This document shows positions 34,697 through 44,671 of a stretch of 47,253 nt of DNA, one piece after another. The notes under the pieces are model-generated. The model searched no databases. It was not told the origin of the DNA and worked only from the letters and a program-made list of their open reading frames with translations. Position numbers and translations under genes: made by a program. Numbering within the stretch: the first letter of the stretch is position 1; each line of letters starts with the position of its first letter. Origin of the DNA: Rhopilema esculentum. Taxonomy: Eukaryota. The stretch is from NCBI RefSeq assembly GCF_013076305.1, contig NW_027019762.1, forward strand, positions 5,477,008 to 5,524,260. The letters are read 5' to 3'.

Positions 34697-36239
34697 CTGT
34701 AATGGCAGTGGCGCATCGTGATCAAACTGTTGCCAGGTGACTCTGACTGACTCTAACACAGGTTGTTGGGCTTTATTCAGCTGCGATTTAATCTTGTCTT
34801 CCCACCTAGATTTGGCCTTTGCATCAAAGAACTCAGCAGCACCAGCACCAATCTGAGCAAGCTTGGTTAAAAGGTGTCTGTTTGCTGTTGACCCAAAGCC
34901 AAATGAAAATACTCGTACCAATCTTGAATTCTTTCGTATTGATGCCATGGTTGATATCTCTTCAGAAATTTCTCCATCAGAAAATAAAAACACATTCACC
35001 GGATGCGTAGATTTATCATCTGCCAAAAGATGCAGTTTTCGTAAGACTCGCCACAGAGCTGTACCGCCTTTCACAGGATGCATCTTGTTACAAAATTTCT
35101 TTGCTTCAGACAGTGATTCTGTAGATTTAGGTTGGCATTTAGGAAAAAGCTGGTCATAGTTTGTTCCAAAACCTATGATATTGAAAGAGCATTTTTCTGG
35201 CAACCTGAGTAAAGCCAGAATGACAGCTTTCTTAACATCATTGAAGCAATCTTTCATTGAATTTGATGCATCAATCACAAAAACGACTTCCATTTCTTTC
35301 TCTACTGTATCATCGAATTCAGGAAAGAAAGTCAACATGCAAGCTTGGTCATCGCTGTCTTCAGGATCTTGTTCTGACCACATCCTGGGCACATGAATTT
35401 CCGCAAGGGACACAAAAAGCTGAAAGCCGGTTCCAAGACCATGTGTGTCTGATTGAAGACCAACTACTGCCTTCGTATCTGTCCTTTTTACTTTAAGCAA
35501 ATGTGTCGGAGACTTAAGTTCCTTGATTTTAAACGGCATGTCAATGGAAATTAAAAGAGAAAATTTTTCTTCACTCTCTAAAACATCAACTCGCTTTACG
35601 TCTGATTGTATGACTTGGTCAAGAGCTTTGTCACGTTTCCATGGGGCAACTGAACCAGGGAGCGAGAAGTTTACCATCTCACCCTCTAAGGGCAGCTCTG
35701 AAACGTAGGTAATTTTGATAATAACCCGAGCTGCTGCCGGAAGATTTCCTACACTTACAGTGAATACATCAGGCTTCTCTTCATCCATTAAGTAGGCACC
35801 GTGACCTTGGCTTATAGCTTCTTTGTACTCTTTGTGGGCCTTCTCTTTCTCTTTAACCTGCCCAACAATATGCTTCCCATTGATAAATGCCTCAAAACCA
35901 CAAACTGCAGCCATGCTGTTTAAAGGAAATACATATTTGGCTTCTATAGACTCTGAACTTTCATTGACATACTCTTGAAAAACGACCACCTCTGCTGCAA
36001 GGTCTACTAGCTTTGCTCTCACGTGGACAGATTTCAAAGGGACCGGCGTTTCACCATCCGTTTGCAAACCTGGTACCACCTTTTCTAGTGGATCTGGAAC
36101 TGCTTCAACGTCCTCTAAGCTTATCTCAGAAGAAGAGGTCTGATAATCTGACTCAATACCCTCATCTTCTGACAAAACTTCCAGTGACTTAGAGGGTGAG
36201 ACTTTAGCGTCACCGTCTATCGTAAATTCCACCAAATAC
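34697..36239 (-). CDS. PARP4: PARP4-like large exon: VIT domain plus VWA domain
   Basis: Acceptor is cgccattccag|GTATTTGG (phase 2). The 514-codon translation includes VHVRAKLVDLAAEVVVFQEYVNESSESIEAKYVFPLNSMAAVCGFEAFINGKHIVGQVKEKEKAHKEYKEAISQGHGAYLMDEEKPDVFTVSVGNLPAAARVIIKITYVSEL (VIT) and VVFVIDASNSMKD … FSFGFGSTANRHLL (VWA). Identity to human PARP4 is high, for example AKYIFPLDDKAAVCGFEAFINGKHIVGEIKEKEEAQQEYLEAVTQGHGAYLM. Donor is CAG|GTTGGT after WQQFDHDAPLPLQ. Confidence 0.9.
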
Positions 36240-36630
36240 CTGGAATGGCGATAACAGAAAAATAATTAATGAGCACCCAGCTTATAAAGCAGGCCACATA
36301 AAAGAAAACTTAAGATCACCTCACCAAAAATAATCTTTATATACTGCAACGTTAATACTGAGTTCAAACTTTGTCTAAATATGCTAGTCCAAAGGAACAA
36401 TTCATGGTCATTTTTACTTGACAGTCTTAAAAAAATCAGTGGAGACAGACGAGGGATTCGTTGGCGATTACTTCAAATTACTTCAACGCAGTACTCCGGT
36501 TAGTGTTAGAAAATTACAAGTAATAGCTCAAGTATTGACTCTTATAGCTAATTTGCTACTGTTCAGCATGAAGAGTTAGGTTTTAGGGCACAAAGAGGAA
36601 ATCCATCCATGACTTCTAAACTGAGACTTG

Positions 36631-36710
36631 GGATTACTGAGATTACTGAGATCACTGAGAGTATTGAGATTACTGAGAGTATTGAGATCAGGGATTACTG
36701 AGATTGCATG
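36631..36710. repeat. Minisatellite (GATTACTGAG and GTATTGAGAT 9-10-mers)
   Basis: ggattactgagattactgagatcactgagagtattgagattactgagagtattgagatcagggattactgagattgc. Confidence 0.7.
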
Positions 36711-37111
36711 GCACTTATTGTACGGCTCTTACTATTCTTTAGAGCAGCGATAAGAGCCACCAGTAACCAGAAATGTGGTATAACGTCCTTTCTACTTGGC
36801 TACAATCTACGCCGAAATCGCTGTAACGCCGATACAAAATCCTTCACAGTTTTCCTCCCTTACAATGTTTCTAAACTTCAAAATTGCACGGTTGCCAGTT
36901 AGTGCGGATGTATAAATGCCTTTAATGAAGTAAGAAGTATTGTACAGGGAAGGGGAAGAGGAATTTAGCAGCAGCATTGATAATATTGAGAAGTAGCTAA
37001 GCCCAACGGTTTTCAACTTTTAAAACTGAATATTGCGGTGTTTAAATATATTTTGTAAAAGAAAGTAATTTCAGCAAAACTTGCAGCTTCGCTCAAAAAT
37101 GTATTTTTTAC

Positions 37112-37339
37112 CTTATCCTTTGCTGGGCAGCATCGTAGATAACAAATTCATCATCTTTGAATTTCGTGGCTGTACTTGAGCCACCACGTACGCCATGTGT
37201 GCTGTTAAAGCCATCTGGAGGCTTTGTCAAAGAATGATCGAACTCCATATAGTCTTTGCATCGACCAAGAGCAACCTCGTTTACTAGCGCGAATCTAGTG
37301 CCTCTGGACTTTGAAGGCGTTGAATACTTGATACAGGTG
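37112..37339 (-). CDS. PARP4: PARP4-like exon: C-terminal part of the PARP catalytic domain, including the catalytic Glu
   Basis: Acceptor is acattcag|CACCTG (phase 2 in). Translation is TCIKYSTPSKSRGTRFALVNEVALGRCKDYMEFDHSLTKPPDGFNSTHGVRGGSSTATKFKDDEFVIYDAAQQRI. It matches human STSIKYSHPGETDGTRLLLICDVALGKCMD … DDEFVVYKTNQVKMKYI. Donor is ATAAG|GTAAAA (phase 2), which joins in frame to the next exon. Confidence 0.8.
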
Positions 37340-37987
37340 CTGAATGTTATGAAACAAAGACATTAGGGTTCGCAAGTTTTGCATAAACTTTGAGTATGTA
37401 AGTATGTATATACGTAAGAGATGTTAACGATAAAGCTGAATCTACAACGTGTGCCGAATGTAGCAGAGTTTAGAAAAGAGGATATGACAACAATTATTCA
37501 ATACTGTGTGCTTTTGATATTGATGTACTGGGGCAGAGAGCTGCTTTTAGAACATTTAATTTTACCTTTGATATTAACTACGAGGGATCCTATTTTCGAA
37601 AAATAAATTAGAGGACCAAACAAAGGCAGACGATAATCAATACGGTCTAATGTTAGCTGATGAAATCGGGGATTCTTGGATTAATTTCTAACAGAAAAAA
37701 ACGTAAAATGTTCACGTTAAATGCAGTCAAGAACGAGAAAATGAAGAAAACAAATGATCATTTATCAATATTTTTCAAGAAGAAATGCAGAGAAGAAAGG
37801 CTTGTTTGATGAAAGCTGAGACAAATAATCCTTCGTAAATGTCAATCCTATAAATATCACTGGCATAATCACTGGCTACTTTTAGCATTTGGTAAGAGAA
37901 AATGACATTCATCTACACCCCTGAGGGTGAATCTTTGAATGTTTCATTGACAGAGTCACCTTAAAGAAGTGTTTACAAGCAAAGTAC

Positions 37988-38712
37988 CTGGCAGAATTTG
38001 CAAAATAAATCCCAGAGCCAAGCATGCCAGGATCAGTTCGAGTTCCACCAAAATCATCCACAACCACTTTGGGAAGTAGCAGGCCCCGGGATAGGATCCC
38101 TACGAAATTTCTTGCTTGTGACGAATGAAACAACAGTTGTTTATTAGCCAAGCTGGAGCTAAAACCCTCGTCTTCAACAGCGCGATTCACTTCGAAGATA
38201 TTTTTGACAGCAATAACATTCTTTCCAACTTGGCTTGAAATGAACAGATTTTTTATTTTCTCATTGTCATTTTCACTTGGGTTAAGCCATTGTATATTGC
38301 ATCCGAGAGCCTTATACTTTGCTCTAGCACTGCTTGTTTTGGCCCAGTTGGTAGCTTCGCTTACTGAAATAACATCTCTGATAACTTGGCACAAATCCAT
38401 TTTCCGTCGGATACAGCTAATTGAAGCAAGGTCTTCGCGTACTTTGTGAGGTATTAGATCATAGAAGCTGTCTTCAAGAGCCGCTAGTACTAAAAATTGT
38501 CCCGTGGCATCTTTTGCGAGAGAATTTTTGATAGAAAGCAAAACACTCTCGGCCTGGTCTAGTTTTGATGCTTTTATTGAGTCAATTGGGACACTAAGTA
38601 TCTCAGTTAAGTTGCCTTGTGCTTCATTCCAAAAATGATCGACTAGGGTAGCGACTTTTTCATCGATAGCAGTATCACCTTCTTGATTGTGCAAACGCAT
38701 CTCTGCCAATAA
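37988..38712 (-). CDS. PARP4: PARP4-like large exon: PARP regulatory (helical) domain plus N-terminal part of the catalytic domain
   Basis: Acceptor is tttttttcag|TTATTGGCAGAG. The translation runs LLAEMRLHNQEGDTAIDEKVATLVDHFWNEAQ … DLIPHKVREDLASISCIRRKMDLCQVIRD … NKQLLFHSSQARNFVGILSRGLLLPKVVVDDFGGTRTDPGMLGSGIYFANSA. It is collinear with human PARP4 from LASEQLQALLLEEV through RPLLHGSPVQNIVGILCRGLLLPKVVEDRGVQRTDVGNLGSGIYFSDS. Donor is GCCAG|GTACTT (phase 2). Confidence 0.85.
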
Positions 38713-39432
38713 CTGAAAAAAATGAGAAAGACCCAAGAATAGCACGTTTTTCTCATTTCGAAGAATCTATTTACCAAGTAAGCATCACACTAATTGTTTC
38801 ACAGAAATTTTTTTCACCACTTTCATAAATTTTCACGCGTACTGGGCCTATGTATTGCAAAACAAACAGCATCCTTACAGAATTTGAAAATGCAGACGAT
38901 ACTCTCTACGAGCCCAAAAACTTAGGCCACCAAATACCAGAAAAATCACTAAAGGAACATTTTGATTTACACTAGCAATTTACTTAAGTGTCAATCAACA
39001 TAGACTCACTTAATAGAGAATCCTTTAGTGTAGTAGAGGCTAGCGATAGATTCACAGTTTCAAGAATAAAACATCGTTTTCATTTATTAAGACATTAGTT
39101 TGGTGTACCACAGACAGCAGAAAAATTTAGCAGCTTGAGCATGACGTCTGAGAATACTGCCAGGATTAGAATAGCCAAATCAACAGTTAAATATTATTCC
39201 TCTTCTCAAAGCAAACAAACTGTCCTAATTCCAAAAATTATAGAAAGCTATGAAACAAGTGTACCAATCTTTAAATGGACTTAAACTTAAACTCAAACAG
39301 GCTATAGCAAACATTAATTAACATTAAAAATATTAAAACGAAAATAAAAAAGTGAACAAACAAAAAGTAAATCCAAAAGGAGCACCTTACAGCAAAAAAA
39401 TATTTGAATGATTTGTGAAAGAGTCAGCATAC

Positions 39433-39582
39433 CTTTTGCAATTCTGGAGAGCCCAAATCTTTGTATGGTAGATCAGAAATTTTCTTTCCGTTTTTAGAGA
39501 TTTCATAATACCATGATGCAAAAACACTCTCTGCTTCTTTGGGTTCATCGCAAAAACGGTATTGCTCTGTAATTTTGCTTGT
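39433..39582 (-). CDS. PARP4: PARP4-like exon (pre-regulatory region)
   Basis: Acceptor is ttatcctag|ACAAGC and donor is CAAAAG|GTATGC. The 150 nt exon has phase 0 at both ends. Translation is TSKITEQYRFCDEPKEAESVFASWYYEISKNGKKISDLPYKDLGSPELQK, aligning to human RRQFAIKKTSEDASEYFENYIEELKKQGFLL. Confidence 0.7.
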
Positions 39583-40415
39583 CTAGGATAAAAAGAAAAG
39601 AGCTGTCAAGTGATGACGTCACAAAAAATATATTTAGAATTTTTGGAATGTGTTCCCATAGCCTGAAAGTGCATCATGAAATACCTCTAAATCTGCAAAA
39701 TCAGTTAGAAGTATTACGAATTGGCTGAGATATGACCAGATGCGCAATAGTAATCTGTTAGCAAACTTCAAATCTTCTATTGGCCATAGCTCATCCAATT
39801 TTAGACAAATTTAACTTATTTTGCATATATGAGAGTATCTTATGGTGTTCTTTTATGATATGTGGTCAAAATTTGAAATTTTTGTCGAAAGCACTTATTC
39901 AGTAACAAAATGAATAGATCATGTGGCTTATATTTGAAAAAAAGCTTGGAAAATGTTGTGTGAACAAGATACAACAAATGTTGCTCTTGACCTGTCTGAA
40001 GCATAAAGTTATTATACCCAAAACAATTATGGTGTTTGAAACATTTACCTTATCTTTGGGAAAACTGTCCTTTGATATGATATCTGAAACTTCTTATCGT
40101 AGGTTTGAACATCAGTGGAATTGACATGCAACTCAAGAACCTCTATACATTGTGCATTGTCCGTTAGAAATGACTTCAAGACAAAAAGACAAAATATTAA
40201 AGAATATCGAGGTAAGAAGCAATTTAAACTTTCAATTATAGATCGAAAATATTCACTTTTCTTTATTGTTTTCAGATACAACTTTATTATATTGCTTAAT
40301 TTGAAATATATTTCAAATTAGCCTATTCATATTTTTCCTTGCAATCTCATATTCTATCAACCACTGCATCATGATTGTTATGTACGTTATATGAATGTTA
40401 GATAAAAGATCTTAC

Positions 40416-40494
40416 CTCGAAAAGTCCAAAATTAGCTATTTCATAGCCATGTGTTGGAAAAGATGGACACTTGCCGCTTTCCTTTGACCAGGTC
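40416..40494 (-). CDS. PARP4: PARP4-like exon (linker region)
   Basis: This is the only open frame here. Acceptor is ttaaag|G and donor is TTCGAG|GTAAGA. Translation is TWSKESGKCPSFPTHGYEIANFGLFE. It enters in phase 2 and leaves in phase 0, consistent with the next exon. Confidence 0.55.
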
Positions 40495-40794
40495 CTTTAA
40501 AATATTGATGCAATAAAATTGATTATAACAGCAAGATCAATCAAACACAAAGCCTCTTAGTCGGTATGTCAAAATCTGGTTTTTTGGGTAAAGCATAATT
40601 TGAAGTGTCAGACAATTAGTACTTATATATGCTATGTTTTGGTGTTTCTGAGTTATTTAATATAACATATATAAAAACTAGCTTCATGATCTTTCACTAA
40701 TAAAATTATTTTATAAATGAAACAATGTTTTGACACATTCATATCCTAGCAACCCAGTAGGCAGAATAAATGGTAACTCATAGTTGCATACATA

Positions 40795-40862
40795 CTGGTA
40801 TTGCTTGTGATTGACATTTGTGACTATTTTGGAATATTTTAGTTCCTTTGCTTCAGACTTTC
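40795..40862 (-). CDS. PARP4: PARP4-like small linker exon
   Basis: Acceptor is tttattaccag|GA (phase 1, matching the exon 2 donor). Translation is GKSEAKELKYSKIVTNVNHKQYQ. Donor is CAG|GTATGT. A small exon of length 2 mod 3 seems to be missing between this exon and 40494 to restore frame. Confidence 0.5.
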
Positions 40863-42273
40863 CTGGTAATAAATTAACAGTAACATTCAAGTCAATCAGT
40901 ATATACAAGAAGAAAATATTGAATAAAAAGATATACTTTTAAAAAAAAATTAAATAAATATAGAGCAGACCTTTTAAGTTTAAGTTTTAAAAAATGAGGG
41001 AGTTCTGTGAAAAAGTAGGGAAAAGGTTTGGGCAGTCATGGAATTTCAAGGTCAGAGACAGATCCAGAATGATTCATGACTGCCACACTGCATAATCAGA
41101 GTCAGAGGTTGCAGCCCAAGAAACTTTCCTGTTGTTTTGCCCCCTGCTTTGTTAAAAATGCATATCTAGAGTGACCACCAATTATAGAGATATTTTTACA
41201 GTACGTTGTAATCATCAGTCAAGTTATTACATGAAAATCACTTGGCTCTGGGGGTGATATTAAAATCATGCTGGAGTTACTCCATAGCAGAGGGTCTTAG
41301 TGTACCACAGGAATCCAACCTACTTGCTACTGAACCTAAAACTTTTTTATCCTTTCTGCTTTGAAACAATTTGGTCATTAGTAAACAATTTGTTATTTCT
41401 GAGATTTTGAGCTGGCTATTAGATAAAACCCAATGATAATCATCTTAAAATTTACTAATTTTTGGTATAAAATTGATATACCAAACAGTTACACTGAGGT
41501 GGCACTTGGACAGACATGCTTAAACACTGTGCTCTATCTTTCAATTGTTTTTAACCATTTTACACAGTTTTTACTGAGAATGATTTATAACAGTACATAA
41601 CTTCAACCAGGCCATCTGATAGTTAAATCTGGTGAACTTTATAAAAAAACTAGCTAAAGTGCAATGCACAGTGGGCCAGAAATTCAGAGGTATACTCTGC
41701 TGATATGGTGTAACTTTAACTTAACATAGATTATGCTCCTCCAATAAAATGTTCTTCGGTAAATTTGCAAACAATTTACTGTGTGTCATAATTGCAAAAG
41801 AGCTAACCTGTGTTTAGTGTTAACAAGAATGAAACAATTATATTTAACTAGCTCTCTCATTAAAATGACACTACTTAACCTGTGTGTGGATTTGCTGTAA
41901 TCTAGTCATTTGCTATTATTCTTAGGAAAGAGAGTTTTTGCTAAGGTAAGAATAAAAAATGACAAATTTGAATAAATCAAGAACTTCAATGCAAAATTAT
42001 TTGTTGCCTGTCAACATGATTTTGTGTCCCACACAACATGCATTAGACTTGGTCCATCTGATAGGGCAACATGAAATACTGCCAAATTCCTAAAGCCATA
42101 AACTCAGGTTGTGGATTTGTAAGTAAACAAACTTCAAACTGGACCATAGGTACCTTGTATACAAACACATAAGTTTTAACATAAAAGGAAAAAGAATGAT
42201 GCTAAAAACTGATGCTGGTTTCACCTCTACAATACGAATTAAGCAATGTGAAAATAACATATAACAAGTTTAC

Positions 42274-42478
42274 CTGTAGATGTGACTTTCCCACTGCTAA
42301 AATTGTTGGCTGGTTTTGTACCAAACAAAATGAAGTCATCTGGATGAAGCAACTTTCCTTTTTCAATGCAAGCAGTTACAAAGTCAGTTGAAACAACAGG
42401 TATCCCATATTTCAAGGCAGTTTTTATTTTGTATGATGGCTCACTGTCCTCTTTGGCTGATACCACCATATGTGTAAC
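42274..42478 (-). CDS. PARP4: PARP4-like exon 2 (BRCT domain C-terminal part)
   Basis: Acceptor is ttcttag|GTTACACAT. Translation is VTHMVVSAKEDSEPSYKIKTALKYGIPVVSTDFVTACIEKGKLLHPDDFILFGTKPANNFSSGKVTST. This matches the human BRCT region THIILDNADVLSQYQLNSIQKNHVHIANPDFIWKSIREKRLL. Phase-1 donor is ACAG|GTAAAC. Confidence 0.8.
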
Positions 42479-43376
42479 CTAAGAATGGTTTTAATAGCAA
42501 AATTAAGTTTATTATTTGACTAAATAAACTAAATAAGAAAGCACATTATTTGTATATTTAATATCTTCCTCAAATCTCTAGAATCCAATATTATAAACTT
42601 AAAGCTGTTCTATTAGTCAGGTTAGATTATTTGTGATTTCCTATCCACCATGAGTTTTCATTTTACTGAATCCTGCTCATATTGTAACACTGAGTTACTG
42701 TTTTAATCTTAGCTGTTTATTACCGTAATATTTAAACCAAAACAATTTTGTAAGGGTTGGTGATATTCCCTTGAAATAACATCTGATTTGAAAAAAGTAG
42801 GAATAAATCCAGGCTCAAAACGAAATTTTCTTTAGAACATTGAGGCAGGGCAAAATTTATAGTATTCTTACCAAAATGAAAAAACAACTTTAGAGTCACA
42901 TGGCTTGTAATCCAGGCTGCAGAATATGGCAAGTGAACACCTGAGATATTTTTTCAAAAATGTCCCTGCACACCCGGTATGACATGGGTGTACCTTATTG
43001 CTTAGAGCAAATGAAGAATTAAGTTTCCTCAAGATCATGTACAGTTTCTGATCTTCATTTTAAATATCCTTTAAATATCATTTGGCTCTAGCATAGCTGA
43101 CCATACTAAGGTGCACAACTCTGGTGCACACTTAAACCAAAATGCACACTCGCACACTTGAAATTTTGCTTTAGCACACCTGAGATCCTCTTGGAAATTG
43201 TCATACTCTGCAGTCTGACATGTTATTAGCTGCAGAGTACAACAATTGCTGAAAGAATTTTTTCGAGTTTGAGTTTGAGTTGTGATGCAAAACCGTGATA
43301 AGCTTTGACCTTGTACGGTTGAATAATTAAAAATCGCCCAGGTTTTTTATGATTTCTCAAGAGAACATAAGGATAC

Positions 43377-43511
43377 CTTTTTTGTAACGATATAGGAAAT
43401 GATTCCATCATTGTCTGTTATCTGTGCCCGTAGAATCTTCTTTAACTTGAATGAAAATGAGTAATCCAACACTAGACACACTAGACAGTTACTGAAAATC
43501 TGCTTGGACAT
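43377..43511 (-). CDS. PARP4: PARP4 (vault poly-ADP-ribose polymerase)-like, first coding exon with ATG
   Basis: Minus-strand translation is MSKQIFSNCLVCLVLDYSFSFKLKKILRAQITDNDGIISYIVTKK. It aligns to the human PARP4 N-terminus (GIFANCIFCLKVKYLPQQQKKKLQTDIKENGGKFSFSL). The ATG at 43509-43511 is the first in-frame ATG after an upstream stop. Phase-0 donor is AAG|GTATCC. Confidence 0.75.
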
Positions 43512-43621
43512 CTCTCAATCTATCTGTATTCTGTAAGATTAAAAATAAGATGGTTATCTTCCTTGGTATAACCACTTGTGCTTCCCCTTGGGTAGGTGGG
43601 AAAGCTAAGTACACATGAGGG

Positions 43622-44671
43622 CAGGGCCGTAAATCTGTCATGTGAATTGGGAGGGTCAGCAGGGCGGATGAATATAAAGTATGCAGTGGGTCATGGCACC
43701 ACAAGGAATTTATGGTATGTGTTATGGAAACAGTTGAGGGGCAAATTACTTTAAAAACAAAAGTCAATATTTTTGGATTTCTCAAGACTTTCTGCTCTAT
43801 AGAAGGTTTTTACAGATTTTCCTTAGTACATTGACTTGTGTGTATGATTGGATGGATAACATTTTTCAGAGACGGCCTCAAAAAATTGAACCTTGGGAGC
43901 TAAGAATCAAGTTTACTGTCGTAGGAGGACCCACCATGGTTGGGTCTGACGCGAAAGAAAATTTTTGAAATTTTACCTTCTAGAAAGGCTAAAAAAGCAT
44001 CCCCCAGACTAAATTTAAAAATACTAGAATCGCTCAGAATATAAAGTTCGGCGTTTCTCAGAAGAACACAGATTATTGTTTATTGGGTGAAATTTTGGAG
44101 GGGAAGAGTCATGCTTAAACCTTAGTGACAGACTTTGGGGAAATATGGGACGCTGTTGTATTGATTGGTAGAAATTTACTTTCTGAACAGAAATGTGCGT
44201 CTTCCTTATTTTGACTGATTTCAGTAGGCCATGTTTACACATAATAAATGAATACATTGTAATGATACAGAAAGTGATTTACTAAATAAAAGTAAATAAT
44301 AGACAAATAATAGAAATGTACGTAAATAAGTTAGTAAATAGGTCAAATAAAATGACAGATTGCTCTCTTTTTATTTCATACTCTGTTTTAAAAAATAAAA
44401 CGGTAGAAAACAGTAGAAAACGGTAAAAAACGGTAGAAAAAGGTAAGTTTTTATCTTGTAAAAATTTTAAAAACCACTCTGCTTACAAAAATTACCTTTG
44501 TGACTGAGGTTTGTTGCAATAACACAGAAAACGTAGTTTGGTTCTAACCCGGCTACCAGGGATTTCTTTCTTTCAAGGAAAATGATGGTAATTTCTCCAA
44601 AAAAATCGTTTTGCTCCAGATTTTTGGGGGGGTCCAGTCCCCTCCGTCCCCCCCCGGGATTTACGGCCCTG
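43622..44671. mobile_element. Non-autonomous hAT-like DNA transposon (about 1050 bp), 14 bp perfect TIRs CAGGGCCGTAAATC and 8 bp TSD CATGAGGG
   Basis: The left TIR at 43622-43635 is cagggccgtaaatc. The right end at 44658-44671 is gatttacggccctg, its exact reverse complement. A direct repeat catgaggg lies at 43614-43621 and again at 44672-44679, immediately outside each TIR. There is no transposase-length ORF inside. Confidence 0.65.
44394..44446. repeat. Tandem 10-mer (AAAACGGTAG) in about 5 copies
   Basis: aaaacggtagaaaacagtagaaaacggtaaaaaacggtagaaaaaggtaag, lying inside the hAT-like element. Confidence 0.7.
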
